Shown one piece after another: positions 16,639 through 21,431 of a stretch of DNA of 21,431 nt (positions are counted from its first letter, which is position 1; every line of letters begins with the position of its first letter). Both the position numbers and the translations under genes were made by a program. The stretch is from IMG/VR virus record IMGVR_UViG_2563366923_000001, positions 1-21,431 of that record. One strand, written 5' to 3'. The notes beneath the pieces were generated by a model that did no database searches, was not told the DNA's origin, and saw only the letters and a list, made by a program, of their open reading frames with translations. This stretch comes from a virus (Duplodnaviria; Heunggongvirae; Uroviricota; Caudoviricetes).

Positions 16639-16764
16639 TTTTGTCTCCAACATTTTTAAGTAATGCATTATAACATAATGATATTGACGTAGATTTAATG
16701 CATGCAACCATATAAAAAACAATCAATTACAGTCAAAACTACTTATACTGTATAGATGAGATCC

Positions 16765-17781
16765 TTACTCAAATTGATGCCAGAATCCCGACCACTCATC
16801 AGCGACCGGATACGTGAATTTTTTCCCGTCATAATTTACGGTCGCGCCACGCGCCAGCGCCTCAAGCTCCCATCGCTGCGGCCTGATACCGTTCTGAGCA
16901 AGGTCAACGCGGATACGGGTGATTTGCAATCGTTCAGACCGGGTCAGTCTGGCCGATGGCGCTATTTCATGTGGTTTTAACGGGCTTCCGTTTCTTTGCT
17001 GACGATTTGGTGTTTTCAGGCCGTGTTTTAATGCACCCCTGAGCGTCCTCACGACCTCCGGGTCATTCCATTCGATAACACCGTCATCAACCAGATTTAG
17101 CACTGCTGCGGCGTGTTCAGAAGGTGTGGGAGCCGGTAACGAAGTATCACCACCGGTGAGCTTTCCACAGTTATTGACAGGACTCCGAGGCGCGGCGATG
17201 CCGCTTTTTAACGTCAAAGGCTCAACGACCGGCACTTTCGGCACAATGCGCCAGTCCGTCGTTCTGGTGATATGAATATGACGCGCGCCGAGATGCGGCG
17301 CGTAAATGCCGACCACTCTCTCGACCTCTTCCTCGTACTCGTTAACGTCATCCGACGGGCTACGGGCAACCCTGACAGTCTGACAATCGCGCGGAACATT
17401 TGCCCCACCCTGCGCGCTGATATACAACGCAAAATCACCACTGTCTGCGGCAGCGCGTGCAGCCTCGACGCGTTCGTCAAACTCATCAGCAATGCTGACG
17501 CCGCGAGGCAATTTGCGTAGTTCACGGTAAGCCCCCATTGTCGGCAGACCAACCGTTTTAAATTGCGGAATGCGCCACGTTGACGCCCATGCGGTAACAG
17601 CAGCAGCTGTGTCTTTCAGCGGCCTGCCGGTATCATTATCGAGCTGACCATCCAGTGCATAGCCGTCGATGTTTTTTGAGATGTATTTCGCGATATATCC
17701 CGCAGCACCGCCCCGGTTAAGATGTTTTGTTGTTCCTGAATAAAATCTACGTTGTCCGGCATTATCAGCTCCTTTTATCGT
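16765..17781 (-). pseudogene. A: Replication initiator gene A remnant (C-terminal about 335 codons, with the YIAKYISK active-site region, but no N-terminal about 430 codons and no start codon)
   Basis: Frame is open from 17781 to the stop at 16765 and reads ...KHLNRGGAAGYIAKYISKNIDGYALDGQLDNDTGRPLKDTAAAVTAWASTWRIPQFKTVGLPTMGAYRELRKL...; the rolling-circle Rep Y-x-x-K-Y motif is present; no in-frame start before Met 17538; P2 A is 761 aa. Confidence 0.68.
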
Positions 17782-18067
17782 TCAGTTTCTTAAATTCATC
17801 AGCGCAATAGCTGGCGATTTCTGTCATTAATTTCGTCAGTTCATCCACGGAGGAGATTTGCTTGTGGAATACAGCGCGTTTAACAAGTAAATTGACCACC
17901 TCAGACAGGAGGTTTAATTCATTCTGATAAATCGCGATAACAGATTCAGTTATGTCGCGTTTTTCTTTATCAAGACAAAGTTGAATAAGAGACAAATCAC
18001 CATTTTCCATAACGGCGATTTTTAAGGCGTTATTCAGTAATACAACTGAATGAGAACAGGACATCAA
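17765..18067 (-). CDS. Hypothetical phage early-region protein (100 aa)
   Basis: ORF in the B-to-A interval, where P2 carries small orf80-83-type genes; start overlaps the stop of the upstream 74-aa ORF (ATGA). Confidence 0.45.
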   Translation of the reverse strand: MMSCSHSVVLLNNALKIAVMENGDLSLIQLCLDKEKRDITESVIAIYQNELNLLSEVVNLLVKRAVFHKQISSVDELTKLMTEIASYCADEFKKLNDKRS

Positions 18068-18288
18068 AGTACCTCCCCGCGAGACAATCCGATATTGTGA
18101 AATTTTTCCGACTCCTGACTGAGCAGCTCGACTATCTCCACGCGGGATAACTCCGCCTTTGTGATGTGGCGAATCATGGCGTCAAGATGAGAAGAAAAGC
18201 GCGTCGCAGCGTCGGCCTGTGCTTCGGTTCTGGCCTGTTGCAGCAGTAATGCGTATTTACCGCACTGATTTTCAGAAACTGTATGCAT
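18064..18288 (-). CDS. Hypothetical phage early-region protein (74 aa)
   Basis: ORF translationally coupled to the downstream 100-aa ORF; lies in the early operon between B-like and A. Confidence 0.45.
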   Translation of the reverse strand: MHTVSENQCGKYALLLQQARTEAQADAATRFSSHLDAMIRHITKAELSRVEIVELLSQESEKFHNIGLSRGEVL

Positions 18289-18351
18289 GACTTTCTCCAG
18301 GCAAAAAGAAGCCCCGCACGATTAAGTGCGTTAAAAACTCTGGTTAATTAC

Positions 18352-18858
18352 TTAATGCAGATATTGCTCTGGTTTTACCGACGTCAGAATTGTCGGTGCA
18401 TACTCAAACAGGCTGAATAATTCACGTAATGCACGGAATAAAGCATCACGCCAGTAACATGATTCTTCATTAATTCGCCAGTATGGCTGGTTGAATTCTT
18501 TTTCAGTCAATCCGGCATGCATAAATAAAGTACGACGCTGACTGACTGTTAAAAAACTAATATATGCATACTCACTTGCGCCAACCTGACGGCGTTTTGA
18601 GAATGCCCCACGCAATTCATCAATTGCACATACCAGTCGTTCACGTTCGACGTCGTTCATTTCTTCAAAACACATCGTTGCGTGACGCTGTTTTAACTGA
18701 GCATGGAAGCAAACCGTTAACCGTTCGCGCTCCATCATCTGATTATAATAATCACATGTATCCTGCCAGCGAGGAACGGCAAGATGCTTACCAATTATCC
18801 GGCGCATAGCTGCTGGCTGTTTTTCAACGAGATTGAGCGTCATCACTGTCATTTCCAT
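18352..18858 (-). CDS. B: P2 gpB-like replication protein (168 aa)
   Basis: Size (168 aa against 166 aa for P2 B) and position (cox - small ORF - B - small ORFs - A) match the P2 early operon; the sequence itself was not independently recognised. Confidence 0.55.
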   Translation of the reverse strand: MEMTVMTLNLVEKQPAAMRRIIGKHLAVPRWQDTCDYYNQMMERERLTVCFHAQLKQRHATMCFEEMNDVERERLVCAIDELRGAFSKRRQVGASEYAYISFLTVSQRRTLFMHAGLTEKEFNQPYWRINEESCYWRDALFRALRELFSLFEYAPTILTSVKPEQYLH

Positions 18859-19019
18859 ACCCTCCGGCTTTTCAGAAAGGTCAGAGCCTTTTTTAACGGA
18901 CTCTGTTTTTTGGTGCGGATAATGATTCCCTTACGCCCCTTACCGTGGGTGATGGTGAAGTCAATCGCCCTGGGGCTTTCGTTACGCAGTAACTGAGCAA
19001 TACAACGAGGCTCATTCAT
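18849..19019 (-). CDS. Small early-operon ORF (56 aa; orf78-position)
   Basis: Internal Met at 19019 preceded by an AGGAGAA RBS; lies between cox and the B-like gene. Confidence 0.35.
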   Translation of the reverse strand: MNEPRCIAQLLRNESPRAIDFTITHGKGRKGIIIRTKKQSPLKKALTFLKSRRVWK

Positions 19020-19029
19020 ACGGTTCTCC

Positions 19030-19305
19030 TTAACGTGGTTCACCGAGACCTAACCACATCAACCAGCCGTCACGAATCTCTTTAGGGCGGCTTTCATAAG
19101 CCAGTTTTAGTCCGTTATTCCATGCCGGAAGGTATACCCAATATTCACCTGCACGACCTGAAGCTGATTGTGGATCGGTCATATCAATTACAGGCAGCTT
19201 TCCTTTATCGATCATCCGACGAACCGCTCCTGTCGATTTTCCTATTAGTTTTGCGAACTCCTGATAAGGAATCGCATCAGTCATGAGTGTTACTTGCTTG
19301 CTCAT
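19030..19305 (-). CDS. cox: Cox, excisionase / early transcriptional regulator (91 aa)
   Basis: 91-aa ORF recognised as P2 Cox (MSKQVTLMTDAIPYQEFAKLIGKSTGAVRRMIDKGKLP...), divergent from C. Confidence 0.9.
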   Translation of the reverse strand: MSKQVTLMTDAIPYQEFAKLIGKSTGAVRRMIDKGKLPVIDMTDPQSASGRAGEYWVYLPAWNNGLKLAYESRPKEIRDGWLMWLGLGEPR

Positions 19306-19419
19306 GTCGTCCTCTAGCCCTCATGAATTGCGTTTAATGTCTTATAATGCCTTTTAGTGCCCACATCCAAGCACTAAACAATCTACATCTAAACTAAATA
19401 CTATTGAGATCTAAACACC
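19306..19419. promoter_or_regulatory. Divergent Pe/Pc switch region with two direct operator repeats ATCTAAAC (19387-19394 and 19409-19416, 22 bp centre-to-centre)
   Basis: Intergenic region between divergent cox and C; 8-bp direct repeats two helical turns apart, as described for P2 C operators; TTATAAT element at 19342-19348. Confidence 0.6.
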
Positions 19420-19719
19420 ATGTCAAACACGATAAGCGAGAAGATAGTCTTAATGCGAAAATCAGAGTATTTGAGCAGACAACAACTTGCTGATTTAACA
19501 GGGGTTCCGTATGGCACGCTGAGTTACTATGAAAGTGGTCGTTCAACACCTCCAACAGATGTCATGATGAACATCCTGCAGACCCCACAATTCACCAAAT
19601 ACACTTTATGGTTCATGACCAATCAGATCGCTCCTGAGTCCGGGCAAATTGCGCCCGCTCTCGCACACTTTGGGCAAAACGAAACAACGTCGCCCCACTC
19701 CGGTCAAAAGACTGGTTAA
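19420..19719 (+). CDS. C: Immunity repressor C (99 aa)
   Basis: 99-aa ORF, same length as P2 C, divergent from cox and upstream of int. Confidence 0.88.
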   Translation: MSNTISEKIVLMRKSEYLSRQQLADLTGVPYGTLSYYESGRSTPPTDVMMNILQTPQFTKYTLWFMTNQIAPESGQIAPALAHFGQNETTSPHSGQKTG

Positions 19720-19834
19720 CAATTCATCGTGAATATATTCATCACAAGTGCCTACTATTGGTGGCTAAATTTCAGCCACCACGAAAAAAGCGATTAGTAG
19801 TCGCAAAAAAACACACCACTCGGAGGGTTTTCTG

Positions 19835-20848
19835 ATGGCAATCAAAAAACTCGATGATGGTCGATATGAAGTGGACATCCGCCCTACTGGACGTAATGGA
19901 AAACGCATCCGTAGGAAGTTTGATAAGAAAAGCGAAGCTGTCGCTTTCGAGAAATACACGTTGTACAACCACCACAATAAAGAATGGCTATCAAAACCAA
20001 CAGACAAGCGACGTCTGTCGGAGCTGACACAGATCTGGTGGGATTTAAAGGGTAAACACGAAGAGCATGGGAAATCTAATCTTGGAAAAATTGAAATCTT
20101 CACAAAAATAACGAATGACCCATGCGCATTTCAAATTACGAAATCGCTTATCAGCCAGTACTGCGCCACCCGAAGAAGTCAGGGTATTAAACCTTCGAGT
20201 ATCAATCGTGATTTAACATGTATTAGCGGCATGTTTACAGCCCTGATTGAAGCGGAGTTATTCTTTGGTGAGCACCCTATCAGAGGGACAAAAAGGCTTA
20301 AGGAGGAAAAACCAGACACAGGCTATCTCACGCAGGAAGAAATTGCCTTACTGCTTGCTGCTCTTGACGGCGACAACAAAAAGATTGCGATTCTTTGCCT
20401 GAGTACTGGAGCACGTTGGGGAGAAGCAGCTCGTTTGAAAGCAGAAAATATCATCCATAACCGCGTCACGTTTGTTAAAACGAAAACAAACAAACCACGC
20501 ACCGTCCCGATCTCAGAGGCTGTTGCCAAAATGATCGCGGATAACAAACGAGGTTTTTTATTCCCTGATGCTGATTACCCTCGCTTCAGACGAACAATGA
20601 AAGCAATAAAACCGGATTTGCCAATGGGGCAAGCCACACATGCACTAAGGCACAGCTTTGCCACTCATTTCATGATTAATGGAGGAAGTATTATCACGCT
20701 ACAACGGATACTAGGTCACACGCGGATTGAGCAAACTATGGTTTACGCTCATTTTGCGCCAGAGTACCTTCAGGACGCCATTTCTCTTAATCCGCTAAGA
20801 GGTGGTACTGAGGCCGAGAGTGTCCACACAGTGTCCACAGTAGAGTAA
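19835..20848 (+). CDS. int: Tyrosine integrase (337 aa)
   Basis: 337-aa ORF (P2 Int length) with the C-terminal tyrosine-recombinase signature (…HALRHSFATHF…LGHTRIEQTMVYAHF…); GGAGGG RBS; adjacent to the att core. Confidence 0.9.
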   Translation: MAIKKLDDGRYEVDIRPTGRNGKRIRRKFDKKSEAVAFEKYTLYNHHNKEWLSKPTDKRRLSELTQIWWDLKGKHEEHGKSNLGKIEIFTKITNDPCAFQITKSLISQYCATRRSQGIKPSSINRDLTCISGMFTALIEAELFFGEHPIRGTKRLKEEKPDTGYLTQEEIALLLAALDGDNKKIAILCLSTGARWGEAARLKAENIIHNRVTFVKTKTNKPRTVPISEAVAKMIADNKRGFLFPDADYPRFRRTMKAIKPDLPMGQATHALRHSFATHFMINGGSIITLQRILGHTRIEQTMVYAHFAPEYLQDAISLNPLRGGTEAESVHTVSTVE

Positions 20849-20927
20849 CGTTTAAGGGCTTTCAGTGGTAATTTATGCCGCTCAAACCCGCATTGTACCG
20901 TTGAAAGCCCCTACTGGTGACACCCTA

Positions 20928-20954
20928 AATCTCCCTTACACGGGCTTATTTTTT
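20928..20954. repeat. P2 att core copy (attL, int-proximal): AATCTCCCTTACACGGGCTTATTTTTT
   Basis: Identical to the 27-bp copy at 1507-1533; 80 bp downstream of the int stop. Confidence 0.8.
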
Positions 20955-21113
20955 TATGCATAAGCCCTATCTCTGGTAACCGTCTTCCATTGACCACATC
21001 GATAGAATCCTCCTTCATAGCACGATGCCTTTCACTTATCGGCATCGTGCTCCCACAGGTTCCGGCTACGCACAGCCAGAACGCGCATATTTGACGCTTA
21101 CCAAAAAATATTC

Positions 21114-21431
21114 TCACTCTCCACATTTGAATGTCAGACGAGCGACACCATGTAATCCTACACCTTCTGTCTTCAGCTCAACTATTTGCATTTTTTTGCC
21201 CTGAGTAACACAGAAATGAGTTGCATCATTTTTTACTATATTTTCTGCACCAGATATTCTACCCCTGGCTAAAGAAGCTTCGGCTTCGGTGTAGTATTGG
21301 TTATCGAGTTTACGCTGAATATTACTTTTATATGCAAGACCAAATTTACCGATACTTGTCTCATCATTATGCACAGCACAACCAGACATAATAAAAATAC
21401 TAATTAATGATATAGCAGCTATCTTTTTCAT
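21114..21431 (-). CDS. yegR: YegR-like small lipoprotein (105 aa)
   Basis: 105-aa ORF with a lipoprotein-type signal (…IFIMSGC…); recognised as E. coli YegR, which flanks the P2 remnant in the reference locus; start codon at the window edge. Confidence 0.75.
   Translation of the reverse strand: MKKIAAISLISIFIMSGCAVHNDETSIGKFGLAYKSNIQRKLDNQYYTEAEASLARGRISGAENIVKNDATHFCVTQGKKMQIVELKTEGVGLHGVARLTFKCGE

Larger units (their letters stand above)
1507..20954. mobile_element. Decayed (cryptic) P2-like prophage integrated at the cyaR 3' end, carrying two accessory cargo islands
   Basis: Flanked by identical 27-bp att core repeats; contains int, C, cox, B-like, A remnant, cos, Q, N, V, W, J, H, G, FI, FII, U, D and ogr in P2 order and orientation, with multiple internal deletions. 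Confidence 0.85.

Noticed and set aside
16447-16722. 91-aa extended version of the DUF2158 gene
   Set aside because: The N-terminal 28 residues run through the promoter region; the GGAG RBS is positioned for the internal Met at 16638.
17214-17552. 112-aa minus-strand ORF overlapping the A remnant
   Set aside because: Out of frame with the clearly recognisable Rep active-site frame.
17616-17762. 48-codon ORF MPDNVDFIQEQQNILTGAVLRDISRN... from the ATG at 17762, initially considered as the A start with a frameshift in the T6/A6 run
   Set aside because: Direct translation shows the native Rep sequence (…KHLNRGGAAGYIAKYISK…) continues upstream of the run in the other frame, so this ATG frame is the wrong frame and the gene is 5'-truncated rather than frameshifted.
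19765-20103. 112-aa minus-strand ORF overlapping the int 5' region
   Set aside because: Antisense to the integrase gene.
1-21431. CRISPR arrays, tRNA or rRNA genes, IS elements
   Set aside because: No regularly spaced short direct repeats, no tRNA-like cloverleaf candidates and no transposase-like ORF or terminal inverted repeats were seen; the only mobile-element signature is the P2-like prophage.

Overview
The window is an E. coli-type chromosomal locus, yegQ(trhP) – cyaR sRNA – [prophage] – yegR, holding a decayed P2-like prophage of about 19.4 kb (1507..20954). The prophage is bounded by a perfect 27-bp direct repeat of the P2 att core; the right-hand copy forms the 3' terminator end of cyaR. 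Genes that appear intact on length and sequence are ogr, D, U, FI, G, W, cox, C and int, with a probable B. The lytic and morphogenetic backbone is broken by at least five internal deletions whose junctions can be read in the sequence (FII/U, J/H, M/V, N/Q and 5'-truncated A), plus a frame switch in portal gene Q, so the element cannot produce virions. Two visibly AT-rich cargo islands sit at the two classical P2 variable loci. At the Z/fun position (between FI and G) is a two-gene plus-strand module: a 754-aa OLD-family ABC-ATPase/TOPRIM nuclease with a long unassigned C-terminal extension, followed by a 365-aa reverse transcriptase with a YADD active site. This looks like a retron-like or OLD-RT defence system, but the effector precedes the RT and I could not find a convincing msr/msd hairpin. 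At the tin/old position (between cos and the A remnant) are a 313-aa orphan protein and, on the opposite strand, a DUF2158(YodC-like) small protein plus a 226-aa orphan; both promoter regions carry TTGCATGCAA-type palindromes. These two islands are the best candidates for undescribed anti-phage or accessory functions. All assignments rest on reading the ORFs and motifs and on recalled P2 biology; no database search was run.
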